Assembly: GCA_963708185.1 (NCBI GenBank)
Contig: OY970195.1
Span: forward strand, 992,001-1,056,000
DNA length: 64,000 nt
From: Candidatus Peregrinibacteria bacterium
GTDB taxonomy: Bacteria; Patescibacteriota; Gracilibacteria; UBA1369
Direction: 5' to 3'
Shown: piece after piece, positions 18,705 to 27,990 of the stretch
Position numbering within the stretch: the first letter of the stretch is position 1
Layout of the letters: each line of letters opens with the position of its first letter
Notes under the pieces: model-generated
What the model was told of the DNA's origin: nothing
Databases searched by the model: none
Seen by the model: only the letters and a program-made list of their open reading frames with translations
Position numbers and translations under genes: made by a program

Positions 18705-19743
18705 CCGGAGTTCCAACGTCGGTAAAATCCCAGACGTATTGTGCATCTTGTGGCAGCAGGCGAATGCAGCCATGGCTCTTGGGTGTGCCAATGTGGTTCA
18801 AAGCTTCACGCCAGAACACACCGCGGTCGTTGGCGAGGCTCGGCAGGGCGTGAATTCCGTAGCCGCCCGCCCTGAATTCCATAAAGAGCGGCATGATGTA
18901 ATGCGGAGAGGAGGAAGCCACACGGACGGTTTGCTTCAAAAGAATTTTCGTCGTGCCCGTGGGGGTGGGGTGGAGATATGACCCCGTGCTCACCGGGAAG
19001 GTTCGGATGGTTGTTTTCCCGATGTTGATGTACATCCGTTGTTCGGAAAGATCTACGACAATGTTTTTTCCTCCTTCGAGTTTGAGGTTGGAAAGATTTC
19101 CGCTGACCTGGACATATTTGAGTAAGTTCTCAGTTTCCTGATCGAGCGTGGCATTGCCGACATTGATATCCACGGAAAACAGTGCATCCCCGCCCATCCA
19201 GGTAACGCCTTCGGCGACCGGAGCGTAGTATTCGCGGTACACTCCCGGCGTTGTCGGCGCTTTGGCCGTGATGGTGAAAGATGCGGCGTTCAAAGGACTC
19301 ACCCGTTTGTTATCCATCTTCACGCGGGACCCGCTGATCCAGGTGTTCAGGCTTCCGGTGTCCGGATTTTTTTCAACGGTGTAAAAAGAGCTGATGCGGT
19401 CGCGCTCCTTTTCGGTTCCCAGATGAACGACGGTCATGCTGTTGCAGCCGCTGTCTTCCGAAAACCAGGGAACGTTTCCAGTGTTCTGCATGAAAACCTG
19501 CATGGTAAAAACTTGACCGGGTTCAACGAAGCCGGGCTTTTTGATGGCCAGGAACTTCCCCTGGAAATCGGGTTTTCCGACTGAAGCGAAACTGCAGCTG
19601 ACCTCTGCGGATGAGACCGGCTGATTGACAGACTGTTGAGTTTGCTGGGTTTGTGCCGGAGCGGTTTGCGCAAAAACTGTCGCCGGAAAGAGCACCATGG
19701 AAAAAAGGAATGTTTTGAAAAAAAGTTTGTGTGAGGTTTTCAT
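18688..19743 (-). CDS. L,D-transpeptidase (YkuD family) with an N-terminal Ig-like domain
   Basis: Signal peptide; IVVDLSEQRM, PVSTG, TPTG and GIHALP...SHGCIRL. Confidence 0.88.
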   Translation of the reverse strand: MKTSHKLFFKTFLFSMVLFPATVFAQTAPAQTQQTQQSVNQPVSSAEVSCSFASVGKPDFQGKFLAIKKPGFVEPGQVFTMQVFMQNTGNVPWFSEDSGCNSMTVVHLGTEKERDRISSFYTVEKNPDTGSLNTWISGSRVKMDNKRVSPLNAASFTITAKAPTTPGVYREYYAPVAEGVTWMGGDALFSVDINVGNATLDQETENLLKYVQVSGNLSNLKLEGGKNIVVDLSEQRMYINIGKTTIRTFPVSTGSYLHPTPTGTTKILLKQTVRVASSSPHYIMPLFMEFRAGGYGIHALPSLANDRGVFWREALNHIGTPKSHGCIRLLPQDAQYVWDFTDVGTPVTVRR

Positions 19744-19834
19744 AGGGATTTTGTGTTTTTATGGATCAATAAATTATAACACAAATTGCTGCTTTCGGCA
19801 ATTACCCATGAATACCTCCTTCAATGGATTGGTT

Positions 19835-20626
19835 TTAGCGGAGGGCGATCCACGTTTGTGTCGCGTAGCGGGATTTGGCGAGTTCCGCAGCCCGTTTGAG
19901 TTCCTGATCGGTCCACGCACCTTCAGCGAATTTTTTGTTTTGGGTAAATCCTTTAAAGAGTGCTGCATACACCTCTTCCATAGTGAGTTGCGGCTTTAAA
20001 AGTTTTAATGCACTCACCCGTTCTTCAACCGCCGCGATCATTTTATCGGCGATTTTTTCCTGCCCGACTTTAAGCAGGGAAAACATTTTCGGGACGTCCA
20101 CCTGGTACAAAATTGTTCCGTGCTGGAGGAGGATTCCGTTGCGGCGGGTCTGCGCGTTTCCGGAAATTTTTTTGCCACCCACGTTTTCGCCATCGGGGCC
20201 GGTAGCGTTCGGGGCAAGAATAATGTCGTTGATGGGTTTGAATTCCGAAGGTACTCCAAGCAGGTTCAAACTGTCGATGATCCAACCGCAGATTTCGTGG
20301 TAGGACTCGGTGATCCCTTTGGGAAAAAGATTTTCAGGGGCGATGACGCTGTAGGTGATTTCCCCGTCGTGATCGTGAAAAACGGCTCCGCCGCCGGTGC
20401 GACGACGGACGACGTCTACTCCGGCTTCACGGCATTTGTCGGTCGCGACCTCATCGTTGAGGCTCTGGAAATAGCCGATGGAAACCGCGCTGGGCTGCCA
20501 GCGATAAAACCTGATCGTGGGCCGGACTTTTCCTGCCGCGACCTCTTCGCTGCAGGCTTCGTCGAGCGCCATGTTGGTGAAAGCGTCGTGAATTTCAAGA
20601 GGAATGATGCGCCACTGTGTTTCCAT
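19835..20626 (-). CDS. lplA: Lipoate-protein ligase A, catalytic domain
   Basis: NMALDE, RRRTGGGAVFHD, KKISGNAQ and LQHGT. Confidence 0.88.
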   Translation of the reverse strand: METQWRIIPLEIHDAFTNMALDEACSEEVAAGKVRPTIRFYRWQPSAVSIGYFQSLNDEVATDKCREAGVDVVRRRTGGGAVFHDHDGEITYSVIAPENLFPKGITESYHEICGWIIDSLNLLGVPSEFKPINDIILAPNATGPDGENVGGKKISGNAQTRRNGILLQHGTILYQVDVPKMFSLLKVGQEKIADKMIAAVEERVSALKLLKPQLTMEEVYAALFKGFTQNKKFAEGAWTDQELKRAAELAKSRYATQTWIALR

Positions 20627-20667
20627 GATCTTGCGTAAAAATATCGAACAGATAATATGGGAACGTT

Positions 20668-20967
20668 ATGTATCAAGCAACCTTAAAAGTCGCCGGGGGA
20701 AAGCTCCTCCGGGTCACCATGGAGATGCAGAATATGGACGGAGATCTGCTCATCCAGAACATTCAACTTACCGGTGATTTCTTTTTGCACCCGGAAGATG
20801 TTTTGCCGGAGATCGAAAAAGCACTGAACGGCATGGGCTGGCCGACCGACGAGGATGAATACATCGGAGTGATCCAGGATGTTTTGAACAAATACCACGC
20901 CACATTCATCGGGGTATCGCCGCAGGACATCGCCCAGGCCATTTTGATGGCCAAGGAAACCGCTTGA
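20668..20967 (+). CDS. Stand-alone lipoate ligase C-terminal domain (LplB-like)
   Basis: KVAGGKLLRV ... IQLTGDFFLHPED ... IEKALNG. Confidence 0.8.
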   Translation: MYQATLKVAGGKLLRVTMEMQNMDGDLLIQNIQLTGDFFLHPEDVLPEIEKALNGMGWPTDEDEYIGVIQDVLNKYHATFIGVSPQDIAQAILMAKETA

Positions 20968-21039
20968 TGGCCTTGTATCCTTTTCAATCGAAGTGAAGTC
21001 GTGTACGATGAGATTCCACATAATTCTTCATGTTTTTTT

Positions 21040-21318
21040 ATGGCTCCGACCTTAACTTCACACTTACTCCAATTTTCCGGAACCGAGTGCATCCATTGTA
21101 AAGAGATGGAGCCGCTCGTGGAACAGCTCGAAAAAGATCTCAACGTCAACGTGCAGTATCTTGAGACCTGGCACGACGAGGAAAACGCCAAACTTCTTGA
21201 ACAGTACGATCAGGGGCGCTGCGGCGGCGTGCCATTCTTTTACAACACCAAGAGTAACAAGTTCATTTGCGGAAACTGCGATTACGACACGCTTAAAACG
21301 TGGGCACTTTCGGAGTAA
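21040..21318 (+). CDS. Thioredoxin-like protein
   Basis: CIHC active site and GGVPFF. Confidence 0.8.
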   Translation: MAPTLTSHLLQFSGTECIHCKEMEPLVEQLEKDLNVNVQYLETWHDEENAKLLEQYDQGRCGGVPFFYNTKSNKFICGNCDYDTLKTWALSE

Positions 21319-21364
21319 TCTGTGGACCGGAGACCGGGGCCTTTGATTATCTAACCTGAGAATT

Positions 21365-22327
21365 TTGCGCGTTCAGACTCCACAAAATCAGACGTTCACC
21401 CAGAAGCTGAAAGCGGACCAGGCTGTTTTGCGGAAACCCGAGTGGCTCAAGATCCGGCCGCCGACCACGGAAAAGTATGCGGGGATCGCCACGTTGCTTC
21501 GCGCCAAAAAACTGGCGACGGTATGCGCCGAAGCGCACTGCCCGAATATCGCTGAATGCTGGAGCGGAGGTACCGCCACGTTCATGCTCATGGGTGAAAC
21601 GTGTACCCGCGCCTGCAGATTTTGTTACGTAAAATCCGGGAATCCCCACGGCCTGTTGGACAAGACGGAGCCGCGCCGCCTCGTGGAGGCCGTGACGATC
21701 ATGAAGCTGGAATATGTGGTGCTGACCTGCGTGACCCGCGACGATCTGCCGGATGGCGGCGCGGGCCATTTTGCGCGGTGCATAAAGGCCCTTAAAGAAG
21801 CGCACCCAAGGCTTTTGATCGAAGTTTTGATTTCCGATCTGAACGGAAACCTGGATGCTTTGCAGACGATCGTGGATGCCAAACCCGAAGTGATCGCTCA
21901 CAATCTGGAAACGGTTGAACGGCTGCAGGGTGACATCCGCGACCCGCGGGCGAATTATCAAAAATCCATGAACATTCTCGAAGAAGCCAAACTCCGCGCT
22001 CCAAGACGCTTCACGAAATCCGCGATCATGCTGGGGCTCGGCGAAAAAGAGGAAGAGGTGATCCAATACATGAAGGATTTGCGAAAAATCAACGTTGATG
22101 TGGTGACATTCGGACAGTACCTGCGGCCGAGTCCTTTTCACGTGCCGATTCATGAATACGTCAAGCCGGAACAGTTCAAAAAATATGAAGTACTTGCCAA
22201 AGAACTGGGATTTTTATACTGTGCTTCAGGAGCCTTCGTACGCAGTTCGTACAAAGCTGGAGAGCTGTTCATGAAAAATATTTTGTTGAAAGGAAGAGCC
22301 GCTAAGAAAACGGCCGCAGCAGTGTAA
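21365..22327 (+). CDS. lipA: Lipoyl synthase
   Basis: RKPEWLK, CAEAHCPNIAEC, radical SAM motif CTRACRFC and VRSSY. Confidence 0.95.
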   Translation: MRVQTPQNQTFTQKLKADQAVLRKPEWLKIRPPTTEKYAGIATLLRAKKLATVCAEAHCPNIAECWSGGTATFMLMGETCTRACRFCYVKSGNPHGLLDKTEPRRLVEAVTIMKLEYVVLTCVTRDDLPDGGAGHFARCIKALKEAHPRLLIEVLISDLNGNLDALQTIVDAKPEVIAHNLETVERLQGDIRDPRANYQKSMNILEEAKLRAPRRFTKSAIMLGLGEKEEEVIQYMKDLRKINVDVVTFGQYLRPSPFHVPIHEYVKPEQFKKYEVLAKELGFLYCASGAFVRSSYKAGELFMKNILLKGRAAKKTAAAV

Positions 22328-22337
22328 TTTTCCTCCC

Positions 22338-23453
22338 ATGTTTTTAGAAAAATATACCGACAAACTCAATACCGATATGGTCCAGATCATGGACCACGAA
22401 GGGAATCTCAATGAAGAACTGAGACCCAAGGAACTCACCGACGAGGTGGTGCTGGAGCTTTATAAAAAAATGGTGTTCTGCCGCATGTGCGACGACCGTG
22501 CGCTCAAAATGCAGCGCTCCGGACGCATGGGAACCTTTACCTCGGTTCAGGGCCAGGAAGGTCTGCAGATCGCCAGCGAGTTCGCTATGAAAAAAACCGA
22601 CTGGGTGGTTCCGGCGTTCCGCGAGCTGGCGGTGATGTGGGCGCACGGCGTTCCGATGGAAAGAATTTATCAGTACTGGATCGGCAACGAATGGGGCAGC
22701 CATCCGCCGGAAGGCGTTCACGTTTTGCCGGTTGCGATTCCCGTGGGAAGCCAGATGCTCCATGCCGTCGGCATCAGCTGGGCGGCCAAACTCCAGAAGA
22801 AGGATGAGATCGCTGTCACGTACTTCGGGGACGGTGCCACGTCCGAAGGCGACTTCCACGAAGCCATGAACTTTGCCGGGGTATTCAAAACTCCAACGAT
22901 TTTCATGTGTCAGAACAACCAGTACGCGATTTCCACTCCGCGCAGACTTCAGACCGCCTCGAAAACGATTGCCCAAAAAGCTTTGGGGTACGGGTTTCCC
23001 GGCGTATACGTTGACGGCAACGATCTTTTTGCCATGTACGCAGTAACAAAAGAGGCGGCCGAACGCGCACGAAAAGGCGACGGACCTACGTTGATCGAAG
23101 CCTACACCTATCGTTTTGGCGATCACTCCTCTTCCGACGATTCCAGCAAGTATCGTGATAAATCGGAAGTGGAAGCATGGAGACCGAAAGGTCCGATGCA
23201 CCGCCTGCAGGCTTACCTCGGCAAAAAAGGTTTATGGAGCGAGAAGATTGAAGAAGAAATCCGTGCCAAATTCCAACCGGACATTGATGCGATTACCCAG
23301 AAAGCCGAAGGGTTCCCAAACCAGACCGTTGATGAAATCTTTGATTATATGTACGCAGAACTTCCGGCGAGACTCGCCGAACAGAAAGCTTATTTGAAAA
23401 ATGTCCTTGCCAAAAAGGAGGCTGCACAAAAGAAAGGAGGGGCGCATGGCTAA
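22338..23453 (+). CDS. pdhA: Pyruvate (2-oxoacid) dehydrogenase E1 alpha
   Basis: TPP motif GDGATSEGDFHEAMNFA...QNNQYAIS; YRFGDHSSSDD. Confidence 0.92.
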   Translation: MFLEKYTDKLNTDMVQIMDHEGNLNEELRPKELTDEVVLELYKKMVFCRMCDDRALKMQRSGRMGTFTSVQGQEGLQIASEFAMKKTDWVVPAFRELAVMWAHGVPMERIYQYWIGNEWGSHPPEGVHVLPVAIPVGSQMLHAVGISWAAKLQKKDEIAVTYFGDGATSEGDFHEAMNFAGVFKTPTIFMCQNNQYAISTPRRLQTASKTIAQKALGYGFPGVYVDGNDLFAMYAVTKEAAERARKGDGPTLIEAYTYRFGDHSSSDDSSKYRDKSEVEAWRPKGPMHRLQAYLGKKGLWSEKIEEEIRAKFQPDIDAITQKAEGFPNQTVDEIFDYMYAELPARLAEQKAYLKNVLAKKEAAQKKGGAHG

Positions 23454-24432
23454 TCAAGCATTGACCATGGTTGGCGCGATCAACCTGGCGCTCAAACAGG
23501 AAATGGCCAAAGACAAACGCGTGATGGTGTACGGCGAAGACGTGGGCCGTGAAGGTGGCGTTTTCCGCGTGACCGAAGGGCTGCAAAAACTTTACGGCGA
23601 AGACCGCTGTTTTGATTCTCCCCTTTCCGAATCGGGAATTATTGGAACGGCCATCGGTCTGGCCATCAACGGAATGAGGCCGGTTGCGGAAATCCAGTTC
23701 GATGGATTTTTCATGGAAGGTATTTCCCAGATGATCAACCATGCGGCGCGCATGCGCAATCGTTCCCGCGGGGAGTTCACGGTGCCGATGGTGGTGAGGT
23801 TCCCCTTTGCCGGTGGCATCAAGGCCCTGGAGCATCACTCAGAATCCATGGAAGCGGTGTTCGGGCACATTCCGGGGTTGAAAGTCGTTATTCCTTCCAC
23901 GCCGTACGACGCCAAAGGCATGCTTATTTCCGCGATCCGTGATCCGGACCCCGTGGTTTTCCTGGAACCCAAGAGACTTTATCGTGCCTTTAAACAGGAG
24001 GTTCCGGAAGAAGAGTATTTCATTCCTTTGGGCAAGGCATCGCTTATCCAGGACGGTACGGACGTGACGCTTCTTGCGTACGGCACGATGGTGCGTGAAT
24101 GCCAGAAAGCCGCCATTGAAGCGCAGAAAATGGGTATCAGCTGCATGATCGTGGATTTGCGTTCGATTAGTCCGCTGGACCGTGATGCTATTCTGTACGC
24201 GGCGGAAAAGACCGGACGCGTGGTCATCGTCCACGAAGCCGCGCGAAGTTTTGGGACTGCGGGAGAGATCAGCATGCTTATATATGAACACCTTTACGGC
24301 AAACTTAAAGCTCCTGTTGAACGTGTGACGGGCTTCGATATTGCCATGCCGCTGCTGCGCGGTGAAGACCTGTATCTCGTTGATTCTTTCCGGGTGCTGG
24401 AAGGCATCAAGAAAGTAATGAGAAAAGCGTAG
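23446..24432 (+). CDS. pdhB: Pyruvate dehydrogenase E1 beta
   Basis: GEDVGREGGVFRVT, PVAEIQF and EHHSES; SD aggagg upstream of ATG 23446. Confidence 0.92.
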   Translation: MANQALTMVGAINLALKQEMAKDKRVMVYGEDVGREGGVFRVTEGLQKLYGEDRCFDSPLSESGIIGTAIGLAINGMRPVAEIQFDGFFMEGISQMINHAARMRNRSRGEFTVPMVVRFPFAGGIKALEHHSESMEAVFGHIPGLKVVIPSTPYDAKGMLISAIRDPDPVVFLEPKRLYRAFKQEVPEEEYFIPLGKASLIQDGTDVTLLAYGTMVRECQKAAIEAQKMGISCMIVDLRSISPLDRDAILYAAEKTGRVVIVHEAARSFGTAGEISMLIYEHLYGKLKAPVERVTGFDIAMPLLRGEDLYLVDSFRVLEGIKKVMRKA

Positions 24433-24482
24433 CGCAGTCGAGCCGATTGCGTTAGTATTCTTTCGTTTCATTAACAATCGTT

Positions 24483-25946
24483 ATGGCATTTGATTTTAAA
24501 TTTCCGGACGTCGGTGAAGGCATTCATGAAGGAAAGATCGTGAAATGGCTCGTGAAAGAAGGCGACGAAGTAAAAACTGACGATCCGCTCGCGGAGGTTG
24601 AAACCGACAAGGCCGTCGTGGAGATTCCCACGCCGCGCCCGGGGAAAATTTTGAAACTCTACCATAAGGAAGGTGAAACAATGAAAGTTGGTGAAACGAT
24701 GGCGACGATCCAGGAAAGCGGCTTGCCTGCGGGTGTTACCCCGCAAAACGGGGCTTCGCCCGGAAACGCACCGGCAGTTGAACATGAAGAAAGCACGAAT
24801 GTCGTCGGCAGCCTTGAACCCACGGCAGCCGGCGTGATGAAAGCTCCGACAAGCGGAGGAGGAGCGGTCTTTGGGGGTCCAGTAACAGGAGGTGGACAGG
24901 CTTTGGGAGGAAATCCGTTCACGGCAGGCGGGGCGGTGTTCGGCGGCAACAAGCCCGCTGGAGGAACGCAGACGCCGGCTCCCCAGAGTTCGCAGGCGCA
25001 GAACGCTCAGCCCGCTTCCGGAAACCAGCCCGCAAGCGCCCAGCAGGGTTCCCCACAAGGCGGCTCCATGGCGGGTGTCATCAAATCCGGCATCAAAGCT
25101 GTGAAGAAGTACGACCTTTTTGGCTACGTCGACCACGTTCCCTATGACGGCGTGCGCAAAGCCGTGGGCGACCACATTGCCAAATCCTTGTACACGGCGC
25201 CGCACGTGACGCACATGGATACCGCGGACGTGACGGACCTGTGGGCGAAGCGTGAAGAAGATAAAGCCCAGGCCGCAAAAGATGGCATCAAGCTCACGTT
25301 TTTGGCATACATCGTCAAAGCAACGTGCGAGGCGTTGAAAAAACATCCATACGTGAACGCCATGCTCGACGAGGAGAACCACGACATTATTTTGCGCAAA
25401 TACTACAATATCGGCATCGCAGTTGATACGGAAGCAGGCCTGATGGTTCCCGTACTCAAAGCTGCTGACCGCAAGACGCTTTTCTCGGTTGCCCGGGAGA
25501 TCGGTATGCTCGCGGAGTCGGCACGAAGCCGTAAGATCAATCCGATGGATTTCAAGGGCGGAAGCTTCACCATTACCAACGTGGGCTCAGCCGGCAGCGG
25601 AAAATATTTTACTCCGGTCATCAACTTTCCGGAATCAGCGATTCTTGGCGTCGGCCTGATTGAAGACACTCCGGTAGTACGAAACGGAAAAATCGAAGTA
25701 CGAAAGGTCGTGTATTTGAGTCTGAGTTTCGATCACAGAATCCTGGACGGCGCGGAAGCCGCACGGTTCGTAAAGGATCTGAAAGACCTGCTGGAGGGGA
25801 CGGTTCCGATGGACGATTCCGCCGGGTTGAATCCGGTGAAAGGTCTGGACAAAGGCGGTGACAAGCCTACAAAAAGCGTTCCGGCAAAATCCGGCACCCC
25901 GAAAAAGACACCGAAAAAACGGCTGGTCGCCAAGAAAAAAAACTAG
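24483..25946 (+). CDS. pdhC: Dihydrolipoamide acyltransferase E2
   Basis: Lipoyl domain VETDKAVVEIP; catalytic DHRILDG. Confidence 0.92.
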   Translation: MAFDFKFPDVGEGIHEGKIVKWLVKEGDEVKTDDPLAEVETDKAVVEIPTPRPGKILKLYHKEGETMKVGETMATIQESGLPAGVTPQNGASPGNAPAVEHEESTNVVGSLEPTAAGVMKAPTSGGGAVFGGPVTGGGQALGGNPFTAGGAVFGGNKPAGGTQTPAPQSSQAQNAQPASGNQPASAQQGSPQGGSMAGVIKSGIKAVKKYDLFGYVDHVPYDGVRKAVGDHIAKSLYTAPHVTHMDTADVTDLWAKREEDKAQAAKDGIKLTFLAYIVKATCEALKKHPYVNAMLDEENHDIILRKYYNIGIAVDTEAGLMVPVLKAADRKTLFSVAREIGMLAESARSRKINPMDFKGGSFTITNVGSAGSGKYFTPVINFPESAILGVGLIEDTPVVRNGKIEVRKVVYLSLSFDHRILDGAEAARFVKDLKDLLEGTVPMDDSAGLNPVKGLDKGGDKPTKSVPAKSGTPKKTPKKRLVAKKKN

Positions 25947-26080
25947 AAGGGGTTACCTGTTGATAATGCTGATACGATCACGACTGCGATACCGAGGACG
26001 ATGAGCGCCCCAACGACAAAAATCCCGATGATCACTGCACGGATGATCTGATCGCCGAGGCTGTTTTTTGGTTTGTTCAT
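25943..26080 (-). CDS. Small single-TM protein (45 aa)
   Basis: Manual translation: MNKPKNSLGDQIIRAVIIGIFVVGALIVLGIAVVIVSALSTGNPF. Confidence 0.6.
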   Translation of the reverse strand: MNKPKNSLGDQIIRAVIIGIFVVGALIVLGIAVVIVSALSTGNPF

Positions 26081-26091
26081 CGGCGGTTTTC

Positions 26092-26232
26092 TCAAGAAAT
26101 ATTACCGGTCTGAAAAGCGTGGATTATCACGATCGTGAAATAAATTCCAGCAACAAGAACCGGAGTCCCGACAATCGCCAGGGCAATGAGAAACGCACGC
26201 AGGGTGTAGTTTTTTGGTTTTTCCTTGGCCAT
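26092..26232 (-). CDS. Small single-TM protein (46 aa)
   Basis: Manual translation: MAKEKPKNYTLRAFLIALAIVGTPVLVAGIYFTIVIIHAFQTGNIS. Confidence 0.6.
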   Translation of the reverse strand: MAKEKPKNYTLRAFLIALAIVGTPVLVAGIYFTIVIIHAFQTGNIS

Positions 26233-26251
26233 GAATATGGCTTAGAGAGGG

Positions 26252-26698
26252 CTAATCAATAAGCTTGGACAGTTCTTTTTTGAACGTCTCCAGGTCCTTG
26301 AAGTGCCGATAAACCGAGGCGAAACGGATGTAGGCGACTTCGTCGATTTTGCGTAAGCGGTCCATGACGCTTTCGCCGATGTTGCGGGAATGGATCTCTT
26401 TGCCGAAGTTGGACATTTCTTCCTCGAGTTCGTTGAGGAGTTTTTCGATCTGCTCCTTGCTGACAGGACGTTTTTCGCAGGCTCGCCAAAGTCCCCTTTC
26501 AAGTTTTTCGCGGTCGTAGCTTTCGCGGGAATTGTCCTTTTTGATGATGATGAAGTTGGTGGTCTCGACCCGTTCAAACGTGGTGAAGCGATACTTGCAT
26601 TCGGCGCACTGGCGGCGGCGGCGGATTTCACGTTTTTCATGGGTGTCGCGCGAGTCCAGCACCGAGGTGTCTTCGTGTTTGCATTTCGGACAGATCAT
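26252..26698 (-). CDS. nrdR: Transcriptional repressor NrdR
   Basis: CPKC...VLDSR...IRRRRQC..C..RFTTFE, an ATP-cone and VAYIRFASVY. Confidence 0.96.
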   Translation of the reverse strand: MICPKCKHEDTSVLDSRDTHEKREIRRRRQCAECKYRFTTFERVETTNFIIIKKDNSRESYDREKLERGLWRACEKRPVSKEQIEKLLNELEEEMSNFGKEIHSRNIGESVMDRLRKIDEVAYIRFASVYRHFKDLETFKKELSKLID

Positions 26699-27969
26699 GG
26701 GGAATGGTTAATGCTTTTCCACTGTTCCTCGGCGTAATGGTCGGTCATGCCGGCTATATAATCTTTTACCACAACTTCCGGGGCTTCTCCAAGCTTGATC
26801 TTGCTCCTGAACGGCTCGGGTAGCTGTCGTGGTTTTTCAATGTAATACAGAAAAAGTTTTTTGAGAAGCTTTTTGCCGTGTTCGATTTGACGTGAGACCT
26901 TTGGGTTGTAATAGAAGTTTTTCAGGAGGAATTCGCGGAGTTCTTTGAGTTCGGGCTTGATGGTTGCGCTGAAGCCGATGACTTTCCCTTTGTGCCTGCG
27001 GACGTCTTCGACGCTGCGGAGACGGTATTTTTTGATGTTGCGCTCGCTGGTTTTGCAGAGGTCACGGATCATGAGGGAGATCATGCGGCTGATGACCCTG
27101 CTTTTGAAACTTTTAAGCGCAACGTTTTTTTTGATTTTGGGACCGTACTGTTTGAGGACGTCTTTTTCGGCGCGACGCCACAGTTTGAACGTGCGCATGT
27201 CCTGGATTTGGATGAGGCCTGAACGCAAACCGTCGTCGATGTCATGGTTGGTGTAGGCGATTTCGTCTGCGAGGTCGGCGACCTGACTTTCCAGATGCGG
27301 CGACGTCCGGAATTTGATTGTCGCCAGATGGTGCGATTTTTCATGTTTCAGCAGTCCGTCGAGGACTTCAATAGTGAGATTGAGGCCTTCATAGTTCGGG
27401 TTCATGGTTTCGAGCTTTTCGAGGATGCGGCGACTCTGTTCGTTGTGTTCAAAATGGTCGCCTCCGCTTGAGGACGACACTCCGCCTGAACTTCGGTCGC
27501 CTCCGCTTGAGGACGACACTCCGCCTGAACTTCGGTCGCCTCCGCTTGAGGACGACACTCCGCCTGAACTTCGGTCGCCATACTGTTCCATCATTTCATC
27601 AAGGGCATATTCCCCGCCGTGACCGAAGGGCGGATGGCCCAGATCATGCGCCAGGGCGATGGCTTCAGTAAGGTCTTCGTTGAGGCCGAGCGTACGGGCG
27701 ACATCACGGGCGATCTGCGCGACTTCGATGGTATGGGTCATGCGATCGCGGTAGTGATCGCCGTAATAGGAAACAAAGACCTGGGTTTTTGCCTGGAGCC
27801 TGCGGAAAGCTTTGGAATGAATGATCCGGTCGCGGTCGCGCTGGAACGGCGTGCGCGTCGTGTCCGGGCGTTCTTTATGGAAACGCCCCAGACTTTTCGC
27901 TCCGTGCATGGCATACGGGGCGAGGATTTTCTCCTCGTCCCGTATGAGCTCTTTCAGGGTTTTAAGCAT
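26695..27969 (-). CDS. dgt: dGTP triphosphohydrolase (HD domain) with an in-frame repeat insertion
   Basis: RTPFQRDRDRIIHSKAFRRL, AHDLGHPPFGH, FEHNEQS and DYIAGMTD. Confidence 0.92.
   Translation of the reverse strand: MLKTLKELIRDEEKILAPYAMHGAKSLGRFHKERPDTTRTPFQRDRDRIIHSKAFRRLQAKTQVFVSYYGDHYRDRMTHTIEVAQIARDVARTLGLNEDLTEAIALAHDLGHPPFGHGGEYALDEMMEQYGDRSSGGVSSSSGGDRSSGGVSSSSGGDRSSGGVSSSSGGDHFEHNEQSRRILEKLETMNPNYEGLNLTIEVLDGLLKHEKSHHLATIKFRTSPHLESQVADLADEIAYTNHDIDDGLRSGLIQIQDMRTFKLWRRAEKDVLKQYGPKIKKNVALKSFKSRVISRMISLMIRDLCKTSERNIKKYRLRSVEDVRRHKGKVIGFSATIKPELKELREFLLKNFYYNPKVSRQIEHGKKLLKKLFLYYIEKPRQLPEPFRSKIKLGEAPEVVVKDYIAGMTDHYAEEQWKSINHSP
27456..27579. repeat. Tandem repeat of 3 x 39 bp plus a 7-bp partial copy, inside dgt
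   Basis: Unit ggtcgcctccgcttgaggacgacactccgcctgaacttc, encoding GDRSSGGVSSSSG. Confidence 0.95.
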
Positions 27970-27990
27970 TGATAATGCGAAACTTTGCTT

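Noticed and set aside
27456-27579. CRISPR array
   Set aside because: The units are contiguous with no spacers, lie in frame within dgt, and no cas genes are present.
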